From the NCBI GenBank assembly GCA_041649575.1, contig JBAZMW010000001.1:23944-87943 (forward strand): a DNA stretch of 64,000 nt, written 5' to 3'. Made by a program: the position numbers and the translations under genes. This document shows positions 10,417 to 18,725 of this stretch, piece after piece. This DNA comes from Patescibacteria group bacterium. GTDB lineage: Bacteria; Patescibacteriota; Patescibacteriia; 2-01-FULL-39-33. The notes beneath the pieces were generated by a model. It was not told the DNA's origin. It searched no databases and worked only from the letters and a program-made list of their open reading frames with translations. Within the stretch, counting starts at the first letter, position 1, and every line of letters begins with the position of its first letter.

Positions 10417-11472
10417 TCAGAACCGAAGCAGGAACTGAAGCTGGCCTTGATCTGGCGTCTTCGGCTCCAGCGACCAGTAGTAGCCGGCCTTGACTGACAC
10501 GATGTCCCGATAGAGGAAGACCTCTGCGGTGGCCCCGATGCTGGTGTCGGTTTTGTCCGGGCTGTTTCTGGCTACCTCGGCAGAAGTCACCTGGCCGTTC
10601 TTGCCGACGGAGGTCACGATTTCCGTCCAGTACTTGGGCAGCTGTCGGTTATACATCGCGATTCCAGACAGTTTGGCTTGGCCGTCAAACAGCTCGCGGC
10701 CAAGCAGTAGGTAGCCGCCGACTTGATTGCTGATGTGGTCGTCGCTGTAGTTGGAGCCGTCCACCTCTACGCGGCAGAACCAGGGCTTGGGTCGCCACTC
10801 GAGGAAGCCGCCAAGTTTCAGGAAGTCGTCGCAGACCTGTCCGGTGATGCCCAAGCAGCCTTGATCCAGTTTGCGTTTGAGCATGAATGACGACTCCAGG
10901 CGATCAAACAGCTTGGAGCTGTCGAAGGCCTCACCTGATCGGCCGGTGACATCCCATAGCGCGGTCCAGACATCGCTTTCCCAGCGTAGTTGGACACCAG
11001 GAGCGTAGCTGCTGAAGGGGATCGAGGCGGGAAAGAAGGGCAAGTCCCACTTGAATGGTCCGATGATGGGGTTGCCGAAGCCGCAGGCTAGCGTAAAAAG
11101 TCCGCCGCGTAGTTTCAGCCGGCCATCAAAGCCGATTGGCGTTTCCAGCCAGGCTTCGCGCAACCAATTGCCGCTGGTGTCTTCCTGCAAGTCGGCTAGC
11201 TCCAGTACCAGGCCGAAGGCCATCTGGCGGCCTTGGAGCTTGGTGTTGATGCGGGTCATCTGCCAAACAGCGTCGGTGGCGTTGTCTTGTAGTTTGATGA
11301 CCCCGCTAGTCCAGCCCCAGGTGGTCCAGGTCCAGTCGTCGTCCAGTTGAACGGGCGGAATCAGCCGGAGCTGTTCGGGCAGGTTCTGGGTTGGCGCTTT
11401 GGCGGCTTCCTCGGCCCAGACCGGTAGGGTTATTGTAACTGCCAAGATCGAAATCATTCTCACGTACTTCAT
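10417..11472 (-). CDS. secreted aromatic-rich beta-barrel/OMP-like protein of foreign (GC-rich) composition
   Basis: It has a signal peptide (MKYVRMISILAVTITLPVWAEEA). It is W/Y/G-rich and ends in '…LQFLLRF', a terminal Phe typical of an OMP beta-signal. The gene's GC is visibly far above flanking DNA. Confidence 0.5.
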   Translation of the reverse strand: MKYVRMISILAVTITLPVWAEEAAKAPTQNLPEQLRLIPPVQLDDDWTWTTWGWTSGVIKLQDNATDAVWQMTRINTKLQGRQMAFGLVLELADLQEDTSGNWLREAWLETPIGFDGRLKLRGGLFTLACGFGNPIIGPFKWDLPFFPASIPFSSYAPGVQLRWESDVWTALWDVTGRSGEAFDSSKLFDRLESSFMLKRKLDQGCLGITGQVCDDFLKLGGFLEWRPKPWFCRVEVDGSNYSDDHISNQVGGYLLLGRELFDGQAKLSGIAMYNRQLPKYWTEIVTSVGKNGQVTSAEVARNSPDKTDTSIGATAEVFLYRDIVSVKAGYYWSLEPKTPDQGQLQFLLRF

Positions 11473-12035
11473 GGCGCTTCTCCTTCTTTGGTTAAGGCTC
11501 GAGCTATAACTCTAACAACCCTCTGAGCCAGCATATATTCTGAGCAGCTAACCCAGAGGCTATCGGCAACGATGATGTTACTGCCATTTCCGACCAGCTG
11601 GAAGCTTAGTTGTATTCCTCCGTGCTGATATTGCGAGGTGCCAGTTATCAGCTTGGCATTCACTGGCAAGGTTGTACGGTTTTCCCAGAGATCATTGGCC
11701 TCTTTGTCGTTGAGGTAGGAGACTTCGGCGTTGGCCTCTCTCAACTGATTGATGATTGCTGTCTCGACAGCTTTCGCCGTCTCATGTTGCGGGTCGCTCT
11801 CATTGCTGGCTCGGATTACCACCAAGAACTGCTGACCCTTTAGAGCGGCGAGTTGGCGTTCTTCTATTCTGGCCTGCTGGCAGTGGGCTTCATACAGGCA
11901 GTAGGCCAAATACCCGATACCCACCACAGCCGCGCTGGCTAGGATAGCGCCCAGTGTCGCAGCACTACCTAGCAGCATCCATTTGTATTTCTGGTTCATG
12001 ATTCTGTCTCTCCCTCGGGTTTTCAAGGTTCGCAC
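11469..12035 (-). CDS. N-terminally membrane-anchored hypothetical protein (GC-rich island, 4-nt overlap with downstream ORF)
   Basis: The likely start is MNQKYKWMLLGSAATLGAILASAAVVGIGYLAY (TM anchor). No known domain. It shares the atypical composition of the neighbouring ORF. Confidence 0.45.
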   Translation of the reverse strand: MRTLKTRGRDRIMNQKYKWMLLGSAATLGAILASAAVVGIGYLAYCLYEAHCQQARIEERQLAALKGQQFLVVIRASNESDPQHETAKAVETAIINQLREANAEVSYLNDKEANDLWENRTTLPVNAKLITGTSQYQHGGIQLSFQLVGNGSNIIVADSLWVSCSEYMLAQRVVRVIARALTKEGEAP

Positions 12036-12105
12036 CCTAGTTGTCTTTCCGAGACAAGTTTACCGCCATGGTAAACGGCTAATTCTAACAAGGCGATAAA
12101 AAACT

Positions 12106-12119
12106 GTCAATCTGTTGAC
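12106..12119. promoter_or_regulatory. perfect inverted repeat GTCAA-N4-TTGAC in the divergent intergenic region
   Basis: 'gtcaatctgttgac' sits between the minus-strand GC-rich operon and the TrmB-like regulator gene and overlaps a -35-like TTGACG. It is a candidate operator. Confidence 0.25.
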
Positions 12120-12170
12120 GAAAATCGACAACTATGATATATTGAGTATAGAAAATTTTAAATTAGATCT

Positions 12171-12974
12171 ATGTTGCAAGATATCCTAAAAAATTTAGAC
12201 ATTCCTGAAACCACTAGTCGGGTTTATCTTCGGCTTTTGGAAAACGGCGCCAGTTCCGCCCGGCAACTGGCGGAAAATCTTAATATTCCCAGGCCGTCAA
12301 TTTATGACAATTTAAGAGTTTTAATTAGCTTAGGACTGGTGACGGAAATTGACCAAGAAAATAAAAAGTTATTCAAAGTAGATGATATAAAAAACCTCTC
12401 ACATTTACTGATTGGCAAAATTTCTAATTTGCAAAAGCAGGAGAAGGAGCTTAAAGGAATTATTCCCAAACTAAGTGTTTCCAACGATTATTTTGAACCA
12501 AAAATTAAATTCTATAGCGGGCCGGACGGCGTACGGCGAGCGGTTAATGATATTTTGTGGTATGAAGATATTATAACTTTGTGCACCTGGCCTATCAGTG
12601 AAATGCTCGAGGTCTTGGGCGCGGATTGGCTGGCCGAGCATAATAAAAAAAGAATCCGCAAAAAAATTGCTCTGCGCACCATTTGGCCATCAGATAAAGC
12701 TGTTAAATTCAAGCAGTATCCTTTTTTGGGTGTCGGCAAGGAGTTCTTGCGCGAGATTCGACTGGCGCCCAAGGGCATGAGTTGGAATATGGGTTATTGG
12801 CTTTACGCCGACAAGGTTTCTTTTATTTCTTCGCGTAAAGAGAGTTTTGGTTTTACAGTCACCAGTCGCGATTTTACCGAGCTGATAAAATCGCAGTTTG
12901 AACTGGTCTGGCCGCTGTGCAAAAAAGTGGTGGTCGACCCCAAAGACACAGCCTCGTTTTTGAAATATATCTAA
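12171..12974 (+). CDS. TrmB-like winged-HTH transcriptional regulator
   Basis: N-terminal wHTH 'TSRVYLRLLENGASSARQLAENLNIPRPSIYDNLRVLISLGLV' is followed by a ~170-aa C-terminal domain. Length and architecture fit the TrmB family. Confidence 0.5.
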   Translation: MLQDILKNLDIPETTSRVYLRLLENGASSARQLAENLNIPRPSIYDNLRVLISLGLVTEIDQENKKLFKVDDIKNLSHLLIGKISNLQKQEKELKGIIPKLSVSNDYFEPKIKFYSGPDGVRRAVNDILWYEDIITLCTWPISEMLEVLGADWLAEHNKKRIRKKIALRTIWPSDKAVKFKQYPFLGVGKEFLREIRLAPKGMSWNMGYWLYADKVSFISSRKESFGFTVTSRDFTELIKSQFELVWPLCKKVVVDPKDTASFLKYI

Positions 12975-13037
12975 AACTTTATTTTTCAGACCGGTTTTGC
13001 TATAATTCATCTCAATATTAATAAATTAAAAAAATCT

Positions 13038-13613
13038 ATGAAAAAAGGGTTGATAATTTTGGTTGTCGTAATTGTCGTGTTGGTGGCGGTAGTCGGCTAT
13101 TTGTGGTCGGCTTACAATAAAATGGTTGTCGCCAACGAATCAATCGACGGCCAGTGGGCGCAAGTAGAGACACAATATCAAAGGCGTTTGGATTTGATTC
13201 CTAATTTAGTGGAATCGGTCAAGGGCATTATGACTCAAGAACAGCAAGTTTTCGGCGATTTGGCCGAGGCCAGGACCAAATATGCCGGCGCGGTGACTGT
13301 AGATCAAAAGGCGGCGGCGGCCACTCAAGTGGAAAGCGCTTTGGGACGACTGCTGGTGATAGTGGAAAATTACCCGCAGCTCAAATCGGCAGAAAATGTG
13401 CAAACACTGATGGTTCAGCTGGAGGGGACGGAAAATCGGGTGAGCGTGGAGCGTGGACGATTCAATGATTTGGTAAAAAATTACAACATCTTAATCAAAC
13501 GTATTCCAGAAAAATGGCTGGCCGGCATGTTCGGTTTTGGCGAGCGGCAATATTTTGAAGCAGCAGCCGGCGCCGAGAATGCGCCAAGCGTAAACTTAAA
13601 TATCAATCAATAA
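13038..13613 (+). CDS. lemA: LemA family protein
   Basis: N-terminal TM followed by 'QWAQVETQYQRRLDLIPNLVESVKG…ENYPQLKSAENVQTLMVQLEGTENRVSVERGRFND'. This is the classic LemA signature. Confidence 0.8.
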   Translation: MKKGLIILVVVIVVLVAVVGYLWSAYNKMVVANESIDGQWAQVETQYQRRLDLIPNLVESVKGIMTQEQQVFGDLAEARTKYAGAVTVDQKAAAATQVESALGRLLVIVENYPQLKSAENVQTLMVQLEGTENRVSVERGRFNDLVKNYNILIKRIPEKWLAGMFGFGERQYFEAAAGAENAPSVNLNINQ

Positions 13614-13625
13614 TAAAGAAGCTTT

Positions 13626-13650
13626 AAAGCCGTAGCCGCGCTACGGCTTT
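13626..13650 (+). terminator. hairpin after lemA
   Basis: 'aaagccgtagc cgcg ctacggcttt' forms a 10-bp stem. Confidence 0.35.
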
Positions 13651-13661
13651 AACTTTAGCTT

Positions 13662-14555
13662 ATGCAAAAAGTATTTCTAAGAATAGGTTTAGTAGCTGTG
13701 ATTTTGGCCTTTTTAACTTTGCCGGCCAAGGCCTATTATGATTTGGGCCGGCCGGCGGGATATGTTAATGATTACGCCGGAGTTTTAAGCGCGGCCGACA
13801 AAACGGCGCTGGAAAACAAATTGACGCAGTTCGAAGCGGATTCTTCCAATGAGATTGCCATAGCGACAATCAAGTCGCTCCAAGGCGATACGATAGAGAA
13901 TTTTGCGGTGAAGTTATTCGAGTCTTGGAAGATCGGCAAAGAAGACAAGGATAACGGCGTCTTAATTTTGGTGGCGGTAGAGGACAGAAAAATGCGGGTT
14001 GAAGTTGGCTATGGCCTGGAAGGAGCGCTGACCGACGCCCAAAGTTATTGGGTAATCAACAACGTCATGAAGCCGGCTTTCAGAGAAAGTAACTATTACG
14101 GAGGTCTTAATGGAGCCGTAGATAAAATAGTTGACGCCACCAAGGGCGAATATGTACCCAGCGAAACTCCAAAAAATTCTGAAGAGGGGGGTTTGTTAAA
14201 TATCGTTTTTGGCTTGATCTGGCCTTTCGCTTTTATTTTGATATTTTTAGCCAGTATTTTGTCGAGGAGCAAATCGTGGTGGGCCGGAGGAATAATTGGC
14301 TTAGTTATAGGGGTGGTGGTCGGATTGTTCGTCGGTTTCATTTGGGGTGTGGTTGGCGTTTTGATCCTGACGCCCCTGGGCCTGTTGTTTGATTTTTTTG
14401 TTTCCAAACAATATCAAAAGGGCAAAGCTTCGGGACATTATCCCTGGTGGATTGGGGGGCGCGGCGGATTTGGCGGCGGCGGTAGCGGCGGCGGCGGTTT
14501 TGGCGGATTTGGCGGCGGCAGTTCGGGTGGTGGCGGAGCGAGCGGTGGGTGGTAA
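13662..14555 (+). CDS. TPM-domain (YgcG-like) membrane protein with Gly-rich C-terminal tail
   Basis: Signal peptide, then the TPM domain 'YVNDYAGVLSAADKTALENKL…NEIAIATIKSLQGDTIENFAVKLFESWKIGKEDKDNGVLILVAVEDRKMRVEVGYGLEG', then TM segments and a GGxGG tail. LemA plus TPM is a common gene pair. Confidence 0.75.
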   Translation: MQKVFLRIGLVAVILAFLTLPAKAYYDLGRPAGYVNDYAGVLSAADKTALENKLTQFEADSSNEIAIATIKSLQGDTIENFAVKLFESWKIGKEDKDNGVLILVAVEDRKMRVEVGYGLEGALTDAQSYWVINNVMKPAFRESNYYGGLNGAVDKIVDATKGEYVPSETPKNSEEGGLLNIVFGLIWPFAFILIFLASILSRSKSWWAGGIIGLVIGVVVGLFVGFIWGVVGVLILTPLGLLFDFFVSKQYQKGKASGHYPWWIGGRGGFGGGGSGGGGFGGFGGGSSGGGGASGGW

Positions 14556-14956
14556 AAAATATGGAAAACAAATACAAAGGCGTAATAATAGAAGAAAGCC
14601 TAGAAGACAAAACTGTTTTAGGAAGTGTCAGTATTTTGGATACGAAAATAGAAGAAGTAACTAAAAAACATAGAACTCCATGGGTTACTAAGTGGACTTT
14701 GCACACTGTAGAAATACCCGAGGATAGAGTTGAGATTATTACAGGACAAATCAGTGAATCTTTAGATAAAAACCACGCCTGGTATGCCGATTTTAAAAAT
14801 AGAGAGCATCATTACATTGTTTTCCGTGGTAAGGTTTTCTTTGTTGACCGATACAGTAAAGAACAATATGACGAGGCAAAGAAATATGGAATTTCATTGG
14901 GTATTCCGGAATATCAGGTTGATTTTCATCCAGAGGTGAAAGAGTGGGAGAGATAG
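14549..14956 (+). CDS. hypothetical cytoplasmic protein
   Basis: 135 aa with no recognisable motif. It overlaps the TPM gene stop by 7 nt. Confidence 0.4.
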   Translation: MVKNMENKYKGVIIEESLEDKTVLGSVSILDTKIEEVTKKHRTPWVTKWTLHTVEIPEDRVEIITGQISESLDKNHAWYADFKNREHHYIVFRGKVFFVDRYSKEQYDEAKKYGISLGIPEYQVDFHPEVKEWER

Positions 14957-14987
14957 GGTTTACATAATTATTTAGATCAAATACTAC

Positions 14988-15018
14988 GGAGACGCGTGCA
15001 AGCGCGTCCCTGTATTTT
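14988..15018 (+). terminator. intrinsic terminator
   Basis: 'ggacgcg tgcaag cgcgtcc' stem followed by 'ctgtatttttt'. Confidence 0.55.
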
Positions 15019-15088
15019 TTGGCTGATTTTTGCTATAATTTATCCTGTTAGACAAAATTTTAAATTTTTTATTTGTCTTGCAATATGT

Positions 15089-15343
15089 ATGTATTATGTC
15101 TATATTTTGGAATCTATAAAAGATAAAAAATTCTATACTGGCTTTACTAAAAATTTAAAATTTAGATTTGAGCAACATCAAAAAGGATTGGTTGACTCTA
15201 CTAAGAATAGGAAACCGTTTAAATTAATTTACTATGAGGCTTGTCTTAACCAGCAGGATGCTACTAGGAGAGAAAAGTACCTAAAAACGATTTATGGCAA
15301 AAGATACCTCAAGAATCGGCTCGAATCTTATCTAACAGGATGA
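15089..15343 (+). CDS. GIY-YIG family nuclease (UPF0213/SLX1-like small endonuclease)
   Basis: 'MYYVYILESIKDKKFYTGFTKNLKFRFEQHQKG…' is the GIY…YIG motif with conserved R and H/Q. The ORF-track N-terminal extension (14996) runs through the upstream terminator, so the ATG at 15089 is preferred. Confidence 0.7.
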   Translation: MYYVYILESIKDKKFYTGFTKNLKFRFEQHQKGLVDSTKNRKPFKLIYYEACLNQQDATRREKYLKTIYGKRYLKNRLESYLTG

Positions 15344-15347
15344 ATTA

Positions 15348-16472
15348 ATGAAAGTAATTTTTGGAGAAAGCTTGGGTCAGGAAAAGTGGGACGAATTTAT
15401 CAAAAATAATTCGTCTGATTTTGGTTTATTGCAATCAGCTGGTTGGGCTAAGTTTCAGAGAAGCTTGGGCCGGCAAGTTTTTCAGTTAGCAGCGGCCGAT
15501 GAACAGCAAAATATTTTGGCCGTAGCATTAATAATTAAGCAGAAGCTACCACTAGGAAAAAGTTATTTTTATATTCCACGTGGGCCAGTTGTGGTTGTCA
15601 TTGCGAGCGAAGCGAAGCAATCCCAAGTAATAATGGATAACACGGGATCGCCACCTGTCTCGCATGCCTTTGGCAAAGCCTTCGGCGACGCCAGGCCGAG
15701 CCTAGGCGGACGGTCGCTATCGCTTCCTCGCGATGACATTTTGAGTAGTTTGTTTTCTGAAATTGAGAATTTGGCTAAAAAAGAAAAAGCGATTTTTTTA
15801 AGATTGGATCCGGCCTGGGAAAACAGCGAGGCCAGTCTGAATTATTTTAAAAAGCAAAAATTAAAATTTTCCGGACAGGTTCAGCCAAAACAAACACTAA
15901 TTTTAGACTTAACCAAATCAGAAGAAGAATTATTGGCGCAAATGAAACCAAAAACCCGCTATAATATCAAAGTGGCGCAAAAGCATTGTTTAAAAATTGA
16001 CGAAGGTGAGCATTATTTTGAAAATTTTTGGCAATTAATGAAAAAAACTGCCAAACGCGACAACTTTTCGACTCATAGCAGAGAGTATTACTATAAAATG
16101 GTCGAAAACCTAGCGTCGGATAAAGTTGTCAGACTAGTGGTGGCCAAAGACGGCGACAGAGTTATCGCCGCTAATCTAATGGTAGCTTTCGGCTACTGGT
16201 GCGTTTATTTGCACGGCGCTTCCGATTATGGCTCTCGGGAAAAAATGGCGCCCTATTTGTTGCAGTGGGAGGCGATTTTATCGGCCAAAGCCAAAAACAA
16301 AAAATATTATGATTTTTGGGGCGTGGACGAAGACAGCTGGCCGGGGGTGACGCGGTTTAAGACCGGTTTTGCTCTTAAACAGGGTTTCACCCAATATGTT
16401 GGCAGCTGGGATTTAGTGTATAATAAAAGGTGGTATGGTCTATACCGGGCTCTGAAAAAAATAAAAAGCTAG
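15348..16472 (+). CDS. FemAB-family peptidoglycan interpeptide-bridge aminoacyltransferase, interrupted in frame by a 141-bp GC-rich element
   Basis: Its length, 'GLLQSAGWAKFQ' and the C-terminal GNAT-like half with 'YYDFWGV' are typical of the FemX/FemAB (lipid II aminoacyl transferase) family. Confidence 0.7.
   Translation: MKVIFGESLGQEKWDEFIKNNSSDFGLLQSAGWAKFQRSLGRQVFQLAAADEQQNILAVALIIKQKLPLGKSYFYIPRGPVVVVIASEAKQSQVIMDNTGSPPVSHAFGKAFGDARPSLGGRSLSLPRDDILSSLFSEIENLAKKEKAIFLRLDPAWENSEASLNYFKKQKLKFSGQVQPKQTLILDLTKSEEELLAQMKPKTRYNIKVAQKHCLKIDEGEHYFENFWQLMKKTAKRDNFSTHSREYYYKMVENLASDKVVRLVVAKDGDRVIAANLMVAFGYWCVYLHGASDYGSREKMAPYLLQWEAILSAKAKNKKYYDFWGVDEDSWPGVTRFKTGFALKQGFTQYVGSWDLVYNKRWYGLYRALKKIKS
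15597..15737. mobile_element. miniature inverted-repeat element (MITE/RPE-like) inserted in frame in the FemAB-family gene
   Basis: The element is 141 bp, which is 47 codons. It is strongly GC-rich against an AT-rich gene. Its imperfect terminal inverted repeats are 'gtcattgcgagcgaagcgaagc' and 'gctatcgcttcctcgcgatgac'. Confidence 0.45.
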
Positions 16473-16478
16473 ACTTTT

Positions 16479-17669
16479 ATGGCCGATAAAATTAGAGATT
16501 TAATTTTATCTTGTTTCCCCCGCCAGCTTAACCGGCAGATCAAGGAGTTGTATCTTTCTTCGATAATTTTGGTCTTCGCCGAGTCGATGGTTATCATCTT
16601 CGAGCCGGTTTTTTTGTACACTATTTTTTTTAAGTCCCACGGATTTAAAGGCTCGTTGCAACTCTTGTTGTGTTTTTATCTGGTGATTTATCTGCTTTAT
16701 TTCGCCGTCTTGCCTTTGGGGGCTCGTTTTGCCAAGCGTTTTGGCTACGAATCTTCCATTGCTTTGGGAGTTTTTTTTACGGCGTTGCTTTACGGCAGCT
16801 TGTTTATGATCAGTAAATTTTTCTGGCCCTTTACAGTTCTGACCATAATTTTTTATGTTTTGGCTAAAATGTTTTATTGGCCGGCCTATCACGCCAATTT
16901 TGCCCGCTTTTCGGCTTCGGGCCAACGCGGTCGACAAATTAGCAATTTGGCCATTTTGGAAACCATAGTTTGCATCGTCGGTCCGCTACTGGGCGGCTTG
17001 ATTCTGAAATTTTTCGGCTTTGAGTTTTTGTTTATTATCGCCTGCGCCTTGATAATTATTTCCAACATTCCCCTACTTATCACCAGGGAACAATTCGAGC
17101 CGAAACCTTTCGAGTATTTTAAAGTCTATAAAGATTTATTTTCTCGGGAAAGAAGAAAAAAGTTTTTTTCCCTGTGGGGCTATGGCGAAGAATTCATCAC
17201 CATGGTCGTTTGGCCAGTGTTTATTTTCACAGTGGTTAAAGATTTCTTAGGCTTGGGCGCTTTGACGGCTTTTTCTTTGTTTTTAACCACCATTGTCTTT
17301 TTATTCATCGGCAGAATCACCGATCGACAAGAAGGCCGGCTAGTTATGCGCTACGGCACAATTTTCTATTCTTTTAGCTGGCTGTTGCGCCTGATCTCTC
17401 GGGGTGTTTTGGGAGTTTTTTTAATTGACAGCTATTCCCGATTGGCCAAGCAATCAATCTCAGTGCCCACGGTGGCCTTGACTTATTCCAAGGCGACACG
17501 AAAAGATTCGTCGGTGATGGGGACAATAGTTTTTTTTGAGATGTCTCTGGTGGTTGGCAAAATCGTTACCATGTTGGCGGCCTTAGTCTTGTTGCAAATC
17601 TTTACTCCAGGCTGGAACTCGATGTTTATTCTGGCCGGACTGATGACTTTACTTTATTTACTTTTTTAA
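16479..17669 (+). CDS. polytopic membrane protein, MFS-transporter-like
   Basis: 396 aa with about 10-12 hydrophobic helices. Paired-half organisation and Gly-rich helices (IVGPLLGGLILKFFG) resemble MFS permeases. Confidence 0.45.
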   Translation: MADKIRDLILSCFPRQLNRQIKELYLSSIILVFAESMVIIFEPVFLYTIFFKSHGFKGSLQLLLCFYLVIYLLYFAVLPLGARFAKRFGYESSIALGVFFTALLYGSLFMISKFFWPFTVLTIIFYVLAKMFYWPAYHANFARFSASGQRGRQISNLAILETIVCIVGPLLGGLILKFFGFEFLFIIACALIIISNIPLLITREQFEPKPFEYFKVYKDLFSRERRKKFFSLWGYGEEFITMVVWPVFIFTVVKDFLGLGALTAFSLFLTTIVFLFIGRITDRQEGRLVMRYGTIFYSFSWLLRLISRGVLGVFLIDSYSRLAKQSISVPTVALTYSKATRKDSSVMGTIVFFEMSLVVGKIVTMLAALVLLQIFTPGWNSMFILAGLMTLLYLLF

Positions 17670-17672
17670 TTT

Positions 17673-18725
17673 ATGAAAAGATTGGATTTTTTGGATTATT
17701 GGCGCGGTTGGGCGATAGTGCTGATGGTTTTCAATCATACGGCTCGCTGGTGGCTTGAATCAGCGACGCTGGGAGCCCTTCAGGAACGGGTGGTTTATTT
17801 TACAGTGACTCTGGCAGCGCCATTTTTTTTGTTTTTAGTCGGTTTTTCTTTGGCCTTATCTTTTTTTAGAGCCAGAGAGGCAAAACGGCTGCCGTCGGCA
17901 AAAATTGTGGTCAAATATTTAAAAAGAGGTTTATTTATCATTATTTTGGGCTATGTTTTTAATTTTTTAATTTTGACCAGCCAAAATTCGATTCTGCGTG
18001 GCCAGGTTTTGCAAGCGATAGGCTCGACCATTATTCTGGCCATACCTTTTTTATTTTTGAGCCAGAAAAAATTTTTTCAGTTTGTTTTTTTGGCGCTGGC
18101 CTTGGCCATTGTCTTTTTTGGGCCGATAGCCTTTAGTCTCTCGGTCTCGGCGCCACTACTGGAAAAAATAAATTGGTTTTTTACAGCCTTCCCCCTGATT
18201 CCTTGGTTTGGTTTTGCGCTGCTGGGCCTGGTTTTGGGCCGTATTTTTTTGGAGCTTCGAGATAATCAAAAAAAACTGGCCTGGTTTTTTGGTGTTCTGG
18301 GTTTTTTGGGAGTAATTGGTTTGGCCATAGCGTTTGTCGGTAAAGAATTATTTTTGGATGGTTACTTTTTCGCTTTCGGCCATGATTTTGTCGTCAACGC
18401 CTGGTGGGCACCAAAGGGATTGACGGTCTTTTGGGTTTTGGGAATGATTTTTATATTCTTGGTCGGGTGTTATTTTTTGGATCAATTCGGGAAATGGCGA
18501 ATAACTTGGCTGAAAAATTTAGGCCAGACGGCTTTAATGATTTATTTTGCGCATCATTTGATCGGTTTGGATTTATTAAGCTACGTTTTTAATTTTAAAC
18601 TGGCAACACCCGTTGGTTATTTTTGCGCCAGTCTGGTTTTTTTGGTGATACTGGTATTCTCAAGCGGGTGTTGGCTTGAACTAATTAATTATCTTAAAAA
18701 AAAGTTTGACTATCGCCGAAGCTAA
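17673..18725 (+). CDS. DUF1624/acyltransferase-3-like polytopic membrane protein
   Basis: N-terminus 'KRLDFLDYWRGWAIVLMVFNHTARWW' matches the R..D..RG…H motif of the heparan-N-acetyltransferase-like / acyltransferase-3 superfamily. It has about 10 TM segments. Confidence 0.5.
   Translation: MKRLDFLDYWRGWAIVLMVFNHTARWWLESATLGALQERVVYFTVTLAAPFFLFLVGFSLALSFFRAREAKRLPSAKIVVKYLKRGLFIIILGYVFNFLILTSQNSILRGQVLQAIGSTIILAIPFLFLSQKKFFQFVFLALALAIVFFGPIAFSLSVSAPLLEKINWFFTAFPLIPWFGFALLGLVLGRIFLELRDNQKKLAWFFGVLGFLGVIGLAIAFVGKELFLDGYFFAFGHDFVVNAWWAPKGLTVFWVLGMIFIFLVGCYFLDQFGKWRITWLKNLGQTALMIYFAHHLIGLDLLSYVFNFKLATPVGYFCASLVFLVILVFSSGCWLELINYLKKKFDYRRS

Noticed and set aside
14455-14552. Short tandem GGCGG repeats considered as a possible CRISPR or VNTR
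   Set aside because: They are codon-level Gly repeats inside a coding frame, with no spacer-repeat periodicity. No CRISPR array is present anywhere in the window.
14338-14706. Overlapping ORFs 14338-14706 (-), 14389-14664 (+) and 14096-14407 (-) across the Gly-rich tail of the TPM protein
   Set aside because: They are artefacts of the GGC/GGT-repeat region (14455-14552). Alternative frames give Ala/Arg/Pro-rich nonsense.
16506-16937. Minus-strand 143-aa ORF inside the MFS-like gene and similar antisense ORFs in uvrA, leuS, recG, radA and clpC
   Set aside because: They are embedded in confidently called genes, lack ribosome-binding context and are rich in Arg/Ser, which is typical of antisense frames.
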